Assembly (NCBI GenBank): GCA_951406725.2 | Contig: CATOCA020000017.1 | Coordinates: forward strand, 15,733 to 79,732 | Length of the DNA: 64,000 nt | Origin: Octopus vulgaris | Taxonomy: Eukaryota | Direction of reading: 5' to 3' | Shown here: piece by piece, positions 11,540-22,957 of the stretch | Position numbering within the stretch: the stretch's first letter is position 1 | Layout of the letters: every line of letters begins with the position of its first letter | The notes under the pieces: model-generated | The model's input: only the letters and a program-made list of their open reading frames with translations | Databases searched by the model: none | What the model was told of the DNA's origin: nothing | Translations under genes and position numbers: made by a program

Positions 11540-13423
11540 ATGGCACTGAAACGAGCTGCTGGCTCTTCCCTCCTTCTTGCAACACCCCCTACAAGAACAA
11601 AAAAAATAACGTCACGGGTTACGTACAACCCATTTCAGGCCGTAAAAGGCAACAAAGCTCCTCCTTCCGAACCGGAGAGCACGCGCTCGGTTCAAAAGGA
11701 GAATGCATGCCAGGACGTCGCGTTCGACGTCACTCTTGATTTTCCCCCTCTGCCTTCAACAAGTGATGCTGTACCGAAGGGGGAGGTAAAGAAAATTATA
11801 ACAGACACAAACACAGACAAGAACCAACAAAAAACTGTAAAAGCTTCTAACGATTTTGCTTCTGCTGCGAAGCAAATTTCGGAAGATGTAGAAATTACAA
11901 TGGAGGACATAAAAATGGCACAAGATTTGTTGAGAAAGGAGGGGAACAGTGTTTTCCTCAACACACCTCAACAACTCACACAAGAAACAAGCAAAAGAAC
12001 AATCTTTTATAAAGTCTTCGAAAAGAAAACTAAAAGATTGTTTAACGCCACACCACAACAGTTGGAGATGGCTCTGAAGCCCATTTGGGGCCAGAAGAGC
12101 TATGTGACAAGAGGGAAGCGATTTGGAACCGTGGAGGTTCGCTTCCCAACAGAGGAGCTTGCAAGGGCGAACGCCATTTCGCCCTTGCAAAATGAACATT
12201 TGTTCCTCGTCCCGACGTACCTCGGGCGTAAGGTACAAAAAATAACTATAAGCACAATACCCCCCGAACAGAAAATCTCATGGCTAGTGGCGGCTGTCCT
12301 CTATGGCATAGAGGACACTGCCACTATTCTGAATGTTCGGAGGGTACGAGAAAAGAACTGGTCAGGCATGGGTATTCAACTGCTGGTACAGATCCAGCAG
12401 GAAAACATCAATGCCATACCTGACTTTGTCATCTTGCTGGATGGGACCAGGCTAAATGTTATTGTAGAGGGGCGAAAGCCAAAATGTTTCCTCTGCAGTA
12501 GCGAAAGCCACCTAAAAAGGGACTGCCCCATTCAAAAAAAGAGAATGGAGGAGTATAGCAAGAGGCAGCAGCAACAACAACAACAACAACAACAACAACA
12601 CAAGCAACAACAACAGAAACAACAAAAACAGCAAGAAAAACCAAAGGCTGCCACACCACCAACACCATCACCAACACCAGCACCAAGACGAACAACACCA
12701 CCTCCAACAACAACAACCACCACCAAACCAACACCGACAACCACCACCAAACCAACACCGACACCAGTACCTCGAAGGTCGACAGCAGCGACATCAACAG
12801 TAACAGGAGCAGCGGCACCACCGATACCGGTGGAACCAGAAACTTTTCGTCCTGCTACTGAAGCAGACCCCTCAACCATTCCTTTGCCGGATGAAGAGAT
12901 CTCGGATTGTGCGAGCTCGGATTCCAACAAAGGAGAATGGAATATAGTACCTCCAAAAAAGAAAAGGAGGAAAAAACAAAAAGTTTTACAGGGGAAGCAC
13001 GAACAAATAGTACTTCCCAACATCAACAACAACATCAACAACAACACACACTCACAACAACAAACAACAACAACAACACTTTCGACACCACTACTGCCAC
13101 TACCACAGACACAAACAAACACAGACACAATTACAGACACGATTACAGCAGTGAATACAAGAAACCAGGAACTGGTTGAGTATTTGAAAAACAAAACAAG
13201 CACAAACATTACAGATTTCATAATACCTACACACAACACACCACCAGCACACATTCTCACAATAAAAATAAACAAAACAGTGTACAATGAAATAAAACAA
13301 ATATTCCCTAACGATGTGGGATCGTTAGGGAAAAGTTTCTCTCAGAAACTTTACAAAAATATTATTGAAGCACCCGTGCAAAAGCACAAGGGAGCCACCC
13401 CCACCACCAACAACAGTAAGTAG
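11540..13423 (+). CDS. Tx1 ORF1 type B, intact 627 aa
   Basis: ATG at 11540 (MALKRAAGSS) is in frame with ORF 11441-13423. Same CCHC knuckle, but N-terminal half and C-terminal segment differ from type A at many residues. Confidence 0.88.
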   Translation: MALKRAAGSSLLLATPPTRTKKITSRVTYNPFQAVKGNKAPPSEPESTRSVQKENACQDVAFDVTLDFPPLPSTSDAVPKGEVKKIITDTNTDKNQQKTVKASNDFASAAKQISEDVEITMEDIKMAQDLLRKEGNSVFLNTPQQLTQETSKRTIFYKVFEKKTKRLFNATPQQLEMALKPIWGQKSYVTRGKRFGTVEVRFPTEELARANAISPLQNEHLFLVPTYLGRKVQKITISTIPPEQKISWLVAAVLYGIEDTATILNVRRVREKNWSGMGIQLLVQIQQENINAIPDFVILLDGTRLNVIVEGRKPKCFLCSSESHLKRDCPIQKKRMEEYSKRQQQQQQQQQQQHKQQQQKQQKQQEKPKAATPPTPSPTPAPRRTTPPPTTTTTTKPTPTTTTKPTPTPVPRRSTAATSTVTGAAAPPIPVEPETFRPATEADPSTIPLPDEEISDCASSDSNKGEWNIVPPKKKRRKKQKVLQGKHEQIVLPNINNNINNNTHSQQQTTTTTLSTPLLPLPQTQTNTDTITDTITAVNTRNQELVEYLKNKTSTNITDFIIPTHNTPPAHILTIKINKTVYNEIKQIFPNDVGSLGKSFSQKLYKNIIEAPVQKHKGATPTTNNSK

Positions 13424-13461
13424 AGCCTTTTTTCTCCTTTTTTTTCCCTAATTCTTGAGAC

Positions 13462-16400
13462 ATGGCAAATCTTAGAATCGGTTGCTTGAATGTGAGAGGC
13501 CTCGGGTCACCTTGGAAACAGGGTCACCTGTTAAACGACCTGAGGTTTCATGATGTGGATATAGCAGCCATCAGTGAAACCAGGCTCTCCGACCCGCAGG
13601 AACTCGCAGCCCTTTTCGGCGGATACGAGATATTTCTATCTCCGTGTCGGCCGGGAGCGGGCGGTGTTGTTTCGGAAGGGCCTGGACCTGAAAATAAGGA
13701 CAGTCTTCTTGGATCCGGAAGGTAAGTTGGTGGTCCTCGACGTCGACGGTAGTGACGGCGGTGCTTTCAGACTGCTGGCTGCCTACGCTCCGACAGGAGC
13801 AGGGCAGTCGGATTATTTCAAACGTCTGGAAGTTTTCCTGGGAACGTCACGCACTCTAGTACTAGTTGGGGATTGGAACGCTGTCTTAGACGAACGTTTC
13901 GATCGGGTGGGCAGGGGAGCGTCTGTTAGGAGAGGGGGAGGGTGCAAGAGCCTCGCCAACCTACTCGGCCGCTTTCAGCTGTCCGACAGGTTTCGACTAG
14001 ACAACCCGAATGTGCCAATGTGGACTTGGACAAACCGCATCGGGTCGTCTAGATCGTACTTAGATAGAGTGTTTTGTAGGCCAGCGGATAAGGACAGCGT
14101 AGGGTGTCCACAATTCCACCTAGTCGAATATACGGACCACAAATTAGTGATCTGTACGGTCGACTTAGATAGGCTACATAGACAGGGACCCGGCTACTGG
14201 AAGCTGAACGCGTCGTTAACGGCGTGCAAAGCTTACAGAGACCGGATTAGTTTACTAGTTAAGCGGGCGCTCACGGGGGCAATCATCAACAACAACTGGT
14301 GGTTTGCCCTCAAGAGAGCAATTAGAGTAGAGTCGATTAGGTATAGTAAGACTCTAGCTATTGAACGTAGGAAGAGAGAGCGGGATTTAGTTAAGAAACT
14401 AGACGAGGCTCTTGACACTGGCATCGCGACCGACGTGTTGGCGGCAAGGTTGGCCCTCGACCAACACTTCGACGCCAAACACGAAGGCTGCGTTGTCAGA
14501 GCTAAGGCACGTTCGCTAAGCGGGGAGGGGACTAGAGCCGCTCGATGGGCCCGCGTGGCGGAGGCGAAGCGAGGCAACAGAGCAACCATTCGGTCTTTGG
14601 TGGACCAGAACGGGCGCGAGGTTACCCAACCGAAGCAGATGTGTACGGTGCTTCAGCGGCACTTTGCTCAACTGTTTGGGACGAGCGGTGGAACGGACAC
14701 CAACGGTACAGACTTCGGTGTGTACCTGGACGGACTGCCGCAACTCTCGGACAGCGAGGCAGAGTGCTGCGAAGGACCGATATCTGCCTGGGAAGTACAG
14801 GAAGCGATGAAGAGTTGCACGAGAGGTAGATCGCCGGGTTTGGATGGTCTGCCCTACGAGCTTTACTTTTCAATGCCAGACTTGTTTGCGGACCTGTTGG
14901 CAAACGTCTACTGCAACTGGCAGCAAAACGGGAGAATTCCTGCTTTTGTCTGTCGAGGGGTGGTGGCTTTGCTAAAGAAGGACCCAAACAAGGGGGACGT
15001 TATAGGGAATTTCCGGCCCATCACTCTGCTCAATGCAGAGTTGAAGATTTTGGCCAAGGTGCTAGCCAAGAGATTGGCGCTTGTCGTGGACAAGCTGGTC
15101 GGCGGGACGCAGACATGCGCCGTGCCGACCAGGTCGATACACGACAACCTCCATCTCATGCGCTACATCATAGAGAGGGTGGGTAACGACGCTGGCGCGG
15201 GTGGGGCTTTGATCAACTTGGATCAGAGTAAAGCCTTCGATAGGGTCGACCATCGGTACCTGGCAGCTGTCCTCAAGGCAGCCGGCTTCGGTCCAGTCTT
15301 CCGCGGGTGGATCGCTGCTTTATACAGCAACATCTGCTCGGTGATACGGGTGAACGGTCACCTTTCGGAACCGTTCGACATCTCGCGTTCGGTCCGCCAA
15401 GGATGCCCTCTCTCCTCCCTCTTGTACATTTTGACTCTCGAGCCATTACTGCGCAAGTTGGAGGCTTTGAGGGGCATCCCGCGCGATCTAGGAGGCGGAA
15501 ACAGCGTGTCTGCTTATGCCGACGACGTCACCGTGGTGGTGTCGAGCCACAGGCACATTGGCCTGATTGGCGAGACGCTAAACCAGTACGAAGCGGTGAC
15601 AGGGGCAAAGATTAACGCGGAAAAGTCTGTGGGCTTGCAACTGGGCACCTGGAGAGGCAAGCCCATGCCGTCCAACAGCGTCGTAGGGCGCTGGACAGAC
15701 GGACCCGTTAAACTGCTCGGGGTCTGGTTCGGTCCGGACCTCCAGGTAGATAAGAACTGGGAAGAGGTGACGAGCAGGGTGGCACGTCTCACCCAGAAAT
15801 GGGCCGAGAGGAAGCTGTCCCTGAAAGGTCGAGCGGAGGTGGCGAATGCGTACATCGCATCCGTCATCTATTACCGCTTGACCGTCGTCCCTTGTCCCGA
15901 CCGCTGGTTGGCCAAGCTGGTACGCCTGCTCTTCGACTTTTTGTGGAAGGGTCAGGTGCCACTGGTCAGGCGATCCATCTGCTGTCAACGACCGCTGAAC
16001 GGAGGCCTTGGAATGCCGTGGTTGCTGTTGCGCAGACATGCGCTCAGGCTGCGGCATCTCAAGCGCTTCCTAGACGGTGAACAGGTGTGGTCGTCTTTTG
16101 TCAGACGCGATTTTCCGCAGCTCGTCTCTTTGACGGAGCTGCAGACCTGGATCAAACGTAGACCGAGAAAGGGCGCTTGGCACCTCGAGTGCCGTCAAGC
16201 CCTCTCCGCCCTCCACCAGGCGGGCAATGCGGTCGGTTACAGCTCCACTCTAGCGTTCTATAGAGGGTTAGTGGAGGAAAAATGCGACGACGTTCTCGGG
16301 GAAACTCTAGGCGTTGAAGATGACGAACTGTGCGGTCTGTTCGGGAGGACTTTCGGGCCGGGGCCGATGGATAATTTCCAGAGGTCTCTCGCTTGGCAGT

Positions 16401-16882
16401 GCTACCGAGAGGCTCTGCCTGTTCGAGATAAACTCTACCGGCACGGAAGTGCCGTCAGCCGGGCCTGCCCGAGGTGTTGCCAGGACGATGAAACCGTTCT
16501 GCACGCACTCGTTCAGTGCCCGAGTATTGCTGAAATATGGGTTTATGTCGAACAGCTACTGTCACGTGTAGGACGGATCCGACTATCGGCCGAATCCATA
16601 GTGAAGATTGCCCCGCCGACCTCCTTTAACAAGGAGGGCGAGGCCGTTTTCTTGTGCCTAGTGGCTGTGGCGAAAGAGGTCGTGTGGTGGACTCGTTTGA
16701 AAGGGCTAAAGACAGACACTTTCCTCTTTGGTCAAGGCCTCATCAACTTTTTCAAGTTTCACCTGAAAAGGAAGATGAGGTTAGAGAGGAAAGTGCTGTC
16801 CGATAGCAAGTTTTATGAAAGGTGGGTGAATTGTGCGAGACTGGCCTGTATAAATGGACCAGTTCTCAGGTTTCGCCTGTGA
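13462..16882 (+). pseudogene. Tx1 ORF2 frameshifted by a 14-nt deletion (~13663)
   Basis: GGGCGGTGTTGTTT versus GGGCGGTGGTGGTACTGCGGTGTTGTTT; the deletion lies between GCGGTG direct repeats. Confidence 0.85.
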
Positions 16883-17312
16883 TTTCAAAGAAAAAGGTAA
16901 TGTAAAAGGAGAAGAAAGGGGACTCTCTACACCCCCTTTTTTTGACCAGGCTCCCGTTGGCTTTTGTAGGGTTTTTTCCACCAGGAACCTTTCGAGACGT
17001 CTCCCCCTTTTGGGAGTTTTTCATTGTTGAATTTTATAAGTTGTTATAAAGATTTTTACTCGATGTTTTTAAAAAAACGGCAAAACCCTTTGTAACCTTT
17101 CGTCCTGTCTTGTCCCTTTATGTAATCATGCGTGTCAGCCCTTGTGGCCAATAAAAAAGAATTGATTATTATTATTATTATTTAATATTTTGTAGCCAAA
17201 CCGACCGGCTTCTTGCGGAGCTCGTCGGTTGGGCGAAAATTTTGCCCCTTCGGGGTGAAATTGCTGTTTTTTATTTTGAAATTGACATTTTTTGCACACA
17301 CATATTTACAAA

Positions 17313-19188
17313 ATGGCTTTGAAACGAGCTGCTGGCTCTTCCTCCTTCTTGCAACACCCCCCCCACAAGAACAAAAAAAAATAACGTCACGGGTTACGAA
17401 CAACCCATTTCAGGCCGTAAAAGGCAACAAGAGCTCCTCCTTCCGAACCGGAGAGCACGCGCTCGGTTCAAAAGGAGAATGCAAGCCAGGACGTCGCGTT
17501 CGACGTAATTCTCGATTTTCCCCCTCTGCCTTCACCCAATGCTTTGGTACGGAAGGAGGCGGAAGAAAAAACAATTACAAAAATCATCACAAACATTGAC
17601 ACGGAGAAAAAAGAAAAAACTTCCAACAATTTTGCTTCTGCTGCGAAGCAAATTTCGGAGGAAGTTAAGATAACTCTAGAAGATGTGAAAAGAGCGAAGG
17701 AGTTGTTGAGGAAGGATGGCAATGGCATCTTCCTCAATACTCCACAAGAGGTGATTGAAAGCACCAACAAGAAAACAATAATTTACAAAGTTTTCGACAG
17801 AAAACTAAAAAGAATAACAAATGCCACACCCCAACAGTTGGAGATAGCTCTAAAGCCCACGTAAGAGCTACGTAACCAAGGGGAAGCGTTTTGGAACCGT
17901 GGAGGTTCGCTTCCCAACAGAGGAGCTTGCAAGGGCGAACGCCATTTCGCCCTTGCAAACTGAGAATTTGTTACTAGTTCCGACCCACCTCGGGCGAAGA
18001 GTAACAAAAATAAAAATCGACCTCGCCCCCCTGAGCTAGATATGTCATGGCTGGTGGCAGCTGTCCTCTATGATATAGAGGACACTACCACCATTCTAGA
18101 TGTCAGGAGAGTGAGGGCGAAAAACTGGTTGGGGATGGGAGTGCTGCTTCTTGCGCAAATTCAGCAAGAGAATATAAGTAAAGTCCCTGATTTCGTAAGT
18201 TTGCCGGACGGCACCAGGCTAAACGTTGCTGTGGAGGGGCGAAAGCCAAAATGTTTCTCTGCAGCAGCGAAAGCCACTTAAAGAGGGACTGTCCCATTCA
18301 CAAAAAGAGGATGGAGGCTTTCAGCAAGAGGCAGCAGCAACAACAACAACAACAACAACAACAACACAAGCAACAACAACAGAAACAACAAAAACAGCAA
18401 GAAACACCAAAGGCTGCCACACCACCAACACCATCACCAACACCAGCACCAAGACGAACAACACCACCTCCAACAACAACAACCACCACCAAACCAACAC
18501 CGACAACCACCACCAAACCAACACCGACACCAGTACCTCGAAGGTCGACAGCAGCGACATCAACAGTAGCAGGAGCAGCGGCACCACCGATACCGGTGGA
18601 ACCAAAACTTTTCGTCCTGCTACTGAAGCAGACCCCTCAACCATTCCTTTGCCGGATGAAGAGATCTCGGATTGTGCGAGCTCTGATTCCAACAAAGGAG
18701 AATGGAATATAGTGCCTCCAAAAAAGAAAAGGAGGAAAAAACAAAAAGATTTACAGGGGAAACACGAACAAATAGTACTTCCCAACATCAACAACAACAT
18801 CAACAACAACACACACTCACAACAACAAACAACAACAACAACACTTTCGACACCACTACTGCCACTACCACAGACACAAACAAACACAGACACAATTACA
18901 GACACGATTACAGCAGTGAATACAAGAAACCAGGAACTGGTTGAGTATTTGAAAAACAAAACAAGCACAAACATTACAGATTTCATAATACCTACACACA
19001 ACACACCACCAGCACACATTCTCACAATAAAAATAAACAAAACAGTTTACAACGAAATAAAACAAATATTCCCTAACGATGTGGGATCGTTAGGGAAAAG
19101 TTTCTCTCAGAAACTTTACAAAAATATTATTGAAGCACCCGTGCAAAAGCACAAGGGAGCCACCCCCACCACCAACAACAGTAAGTAG
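17313..19188 (+). pseudogene. Tx1 ORF1, B/A/B mosaic, multiple frameshifts and a small deletion creating a stop near 17860
   Basis: Fragmented ORFs 17213-17599, 17544-17864, 18042-18281, 18251-18712 and 18226-19188 align to ORF1. Confidence 0.82.
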
Positions 19189-19229
19189 AGCCTTTTTTCT
19201 CCTTTTTTTTTTCCCCTAACTTTTGAAAC

Positions 19230-22200
19230 ATGGCAAATCTTAGAATCGGTTGCTTGAATGTGAGAGGCCTCGGGTCACCTTGGAAACAGGGTCACCTGTT
19301 AAACGACCTGAGGTTTCATGATGTGGATGTAGCAGCCATCAGTGAAACCAGGCTCTCCGACCCGCAGGAACTCGCAGCCCTTTTCGGCGGATACGAGATA
19401 TTTCTATCTCCGTGTCGGCCGGGAGCGGGCGGTGGTGGTACTGCGGTGTTGTTTCGGAAGGGCCTGGACCTGAAAATAAGGACAGTCTTCTTGGATCCGG
19501 AAGGTAAGTTGGTGGTCCTCGACGTCGACGGTAGTGACGGCGGTGCTTTCAGACTGCTGGCTGCCTACGCTCCGACAGGAGCAGGGCAGTCGGATTATTT
19601 CAAACGTCTGGAAGTTTTCCTGGGAACGTCACGCACTCTAGTACTAGTTGGGGATTGGAACGCTGTCTTAGACGAACGTTTCGATCGGGTGGGCAGGGGA
19701 GCGTCTGATAGGAGAGGGGGAGGGTGCAAGAGCCTCGCCAACCTACTCGGCCGCTTTCAGCTGTCCGACAGGTTTCGACTAGACAACCCGAATGTGCCAA
19801 TGTGGACTTGGACAAACCGCATCGGGTCGTCTAGATCGTACTTAGATAGAGTGTTTTGTAGGCCAGCGGATAAGGACAGCGTAGGGTGTCCACAATTCCA
19901 CCTAGTCGAATATACGGACCACAAATTAGTGATCTGTACGGTCGACTTAGATAGGCTACATAGACAGGAACCCGGCTACTGGAAGCTGAACGCGTCGTTA
20001 ACGGCGTGCAAAGCTTACAGAGACCGGATTAGTTTACTAGTTAAGCGGGCGCTCACGGGGGCAATCATCAACAACAACTGGTGGTTTGCCCTCAAGAGAG
20101 CAATTAGAGTAGAGTCGATTAGGTATAGTAAGACTCTAGCTATTGAACGTAGGAAGAGAGAGCGGGATTTAGTTAAGAAACTAGACGAGGCTCTTGACAC
20201 TGGCATCGCGACCGACGTGTTGGCGGCAAGGTTGGCCCTCGACCAACACTTCGACGCCAAACACGAAGGCTGCGTTGTCAGAGCTAAGGCACGTTCGCTA
20301 AGCGGGGAGGGGACTAGAGCCGCTCGATGGGCCCGCGTGGCGGAGGCGAAGCGAGGCAACAGAGCAACCATTCGGTCTTTGGTGGACCAGAACGGGCGCG
20401 AGGTTACCCAACCGAAGCAGATGTGTACGGTGCTTCAGCGGCACTTTGCTCAACTGTTTGGGACGAGCGGTGGAACGGACACCAACGGTACAGACTTCGG
20501 TGTGTACCTGGACGGACTGCCGCAACTCTCGGACAGCGAGGCAGAGTGCTGCGAAGGACCGATATCTGCCTGGGAAGTACAGGAAGCGATGAAGAGTTGC
20601 ACGAGAGGTAGATCGCCGGGTTTGGATGGTCTGCCCTACGAGCTTTACTTTTCAATGCCAGACTTGTTTGCGGACCTGTTGGCAAACGTCTACTGCAACT
20701 GGCAGCAAAACGGGAGAATTCCTGCTTTTGTCTGTCGAGGGGTGGTGGCTTTGCTAAAGAAGGACCCAAACAAGGGGGACGTTATAGGGAATTTCCGGCC
20801 CATCACTCTGCTCAATGCAGAGTTGAAGATTTTGGCCAAGGTGCTAGCCAAGAGATTGGCGCTTGTCGTGGACAAGCTGGTCGGCGAGACGCAGACATGC
20901 GCCGTGCCGACCAGGTCGATACACGACAACCTCCATCTCATGCGCTACATCATAGAGAGGGTGGGTAACGACGCTGGCGCGGGTGGGGCTTTGATCAACT
21001 TGGATCAGAGTAAAGCCTTCGATAGGGTCGACCATCGGTACCTGGCAGCTGTCCTCAGGGCAGCCGGCTTCGGTCCAGTCTTCCGCGGGTGGATCGCTGC
21101 TTTATACAGCAACATCTGCTCAGTGATACGGGTGAACGGTCACCTTTCGGAACCGTTCGACATCTCGCGTTCGGTCCGCCAAGGATGCCCTCTCTCCTCC
21201 CTCTTGTACATTTTGACTCTCGAGCCATTACTGCGCAAGTTGGAGGCTTTGAGGGGTATCCCGCGCGATCTAGGAGGCGGAAACAGCGTGTCTGCTTATG
21301 CCGACGACGTCACCGTGGTGGTGTCGAGCCACAGGCACATTGGCCTGATTGGCGAGACGCTAAACCAGTACGAAGCGGTGACAGGGGCAAAGATTAACGC
21401 GGAAAAGTCTGTGGGCTTGCAACTGGGCACCTGGAGAGGCAAGCCCATGCCGTCCAACAGCGTCGTAGGGTGCTGGACAGACGGACCCGTTAAACTGCTC
21501 GGGGTCTGGTTCGGTCCGGACCTCCAGGTGGATAAGAACTGGGAAGAGGTGACGAGCAGGGAGGCACGTCTCACCCAGAAATGGGCCGAGAGGAAGCTGT
21601 CCCTGAAAGGTCGAGCGGAGGTGGCGAATGCGTACATCGCATCCGTCATCTATTACCGCTTGACCGTCGTCCCTTGTCCCGACCGCTGGTTGGCCAAGCT
21701 GGTACGCCTGCTCTTCGACTTTTTGTGGAAGGGTCAGGTGCCACTGGTCAGGCGATCCATCTGCTGTCAACGACCGCTGAACGGAGGCCTTGGAATGCCG
21801 TGGTTACTGTTGCGCAGACATGCGCTCAGGCTGCGGCATCTCAAGCGCTTCCTAGACGGTGAACAGGTGTGGTCGTCTTTTGTCAGACGCGATTTTCCGC
21901 AGCTCGTCTCTTTGACGGAACTGCAGACCTGGATCAAACGTAGACCGAGAAAGGGCGCTTGGCACCTCGAGTGCCGTCAAGCCCTCTCCGCCCTCCGCCA
22001 GGCGGGCAATGCGGTCGGTTACAGCTCCACTCTAGCGTTCTATAGAGGGTTAGTGGAGGAAAAATGCGACGACGTTCTCGGGGAAACTCTAGGCGTTGAA
22101 GATGACGAACTGTGCGGTCTGTTCGGGAGGACTTTCGGGCCGGGGCCGATGGATAATTTCCAGAGGTCTCTCGCTTGGCAGTGCTACCGAGGGGCTCTGC

Positions 22201-22664
22201 CTGTTCGAGATAAACTCTACCGGCACGGAAGTGCCGTCAGCCGGGCCTGCCCGAGGTGTTGCCAGGACGACGAAACCGTTCTGCACGCACTCGTCCAGTG
22301 CCCGAGTATTGCTGAAATATGGGTTTATGTCGAACAGCTACTGTCACGTGTAGGACGGATCCGACTATCGGCCGAATCCATAGTGAAGATTGCCCCGCCG
22401 ACCTCCTTTAACAAGGAGGGCGAGGCCGTTTTCTTGTGCCTAGTGGCTGTGGCGAAAGAGGTGGTGTGGTGGACTCGTTTGAAAGGGCTAAAGACAGACA
22501 CTTTCCTCTTTGGTCAAGGCCTCATCAACTTTTTCAAGTTTCACTTGAAAAGGAAGATGAGGTTAGAGAGGAAAGTGCTGTCCGATAGCAAGTTTTATGA
22601 AAGGTGGGTGAATTGTGCGAGACTGGCTTGTATAAATGGACCAGTTCTCAGGTTTCGCCTGTGA
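19230..22664 (+). CDS. Tx1 ORF2, intact 1144 aa
   Basis: Same EN/RT/CCHC motifs as copy 1, with only about ten amino-acid differences. Confidence 0.95.
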   Translation: MANLRIGCLNVRGLGSPWKQGHLLNDLRFHDVDVAAISETRLSDPQELAALFGGYEIFLSPCRPGAGGGGTAVLFRKGLDLKIRTVFLDPEGKLVVLDVDGSDGGAFRLLAAYAPTGAGQSDYFKRLEVFLGTSRTLVLVGDWNAVLDERFDRVGRGASDRRGGGCKSLANLLGRFQLSDRFRLDNPNVPMWTWTNRIGSSRSYLDRVFCRPADKDSVGCPQFHLVEYTDHKLVICTVDLDRLHRQEPGYWKLNASLTACKAYRDRISLLVKRALTGAIINNNWWFALKRAIRVESIRYSKTLAIERRKRERDLVKKLDEALDTGIATDVLAARLALDQHFDAKHEGCVVRAKARSLSGEGTRAARWARVAEAKRGNRATIRSLVDQNGREVTQPKQMCTVLQRHFAQLFGTSGGTDTNGTDFGVYLDGLPQLSDSEAECCEGPISAWEVQEAMKSCTRGRSPGLDGLPYELYFSMPDLFADLLANVYCNWQQNGRIPAFVCRGVVALLKKDPNKGDVIGNFRPITLLNAELKILAKVLAKRLALVVDKLVGETQTCAVPTRSIHDNLHLMRYIIERVGNDAGAGGALINLDQSKAFDRVDHRYLAAVLRAAGFGPVFRGWIAALYSNICSVIRVNGHLSEPFDISRSVRQGCPLSSLLYILTLEPLLRKLEALRGIPRDLGGGNSVSAYADDVTVVVSSHRHIGLIGETLNQYEAVTGAKINAEKSVGLQLGTWRGKPMPSNSVVGCWTDGPVKLLGVWFGPDLQVDKNWEEVTSREARLTQKWAERKLSLKGRAEVANAYIASVIYYRLTVVPCPDRWLAKLVRLLFDFLWKGQVPLVRRSICCQRPLNGGLGMPWLLLRRHALRLRHLKRFLDGEQVWSSFVRRDFPQLVSLTELQTWIKRRPRKGAWHLECRQALSALRQAGNAVGYSSTLAFYRGLVEEKCDDVLGETLGVEDDELCGLFGRTFGPGPMDNFQRSLAWQCYRGALPVRDKLYRHGSAVSRACPRCCQDDETVLHALVQCPSIAEIWVYVEQLLSRVGRIRLSAESIVKIAPPTSFNKEGEAVFLCLVAVAKEVVWWTRLKGLKTDTFLFGQGLINFFKFHLKRKMRLERKVLSDSKFYERWVNCARLACINGPVLRFRL

Positions 22665-22957
22665 TTTCAAAAAGGTAATACAAAAGGAGAAGAAAGGGGA
22701 CTCTATACACCCCCTTTTTTTTGACCAGGCTCCCGTTGGCTTTTGTAGGGTTTTTTCCACCAGGAACCTTTCGAAACGTCTCCCCCTTTTGGGAGTTTTT
22801 CATTGTTGAATTTTATAAGTTGTTATAAAGATTTTTACTCGATGTTTTTAAAAAACGGCAAAACCCTTTGTAACCTTTCGTCCTGTCTTGTCCCTTTATG
22901 TAATCATGCGTGTCAGCCCTTGTGGCCAATAAAAAAGAATTGATTATTATTATTATT

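Larger units (their letters stand above)
11321..17182 (+). mobile_element. L1/Tx1 retrotransposon, array copy 3 (full length, ORF1 type B)
   Basis: Same CCTTCCGACGCC 5' start after (ATT)n; ends AATAAA...GAATTG(ATT)n. Confidence 0.93.
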
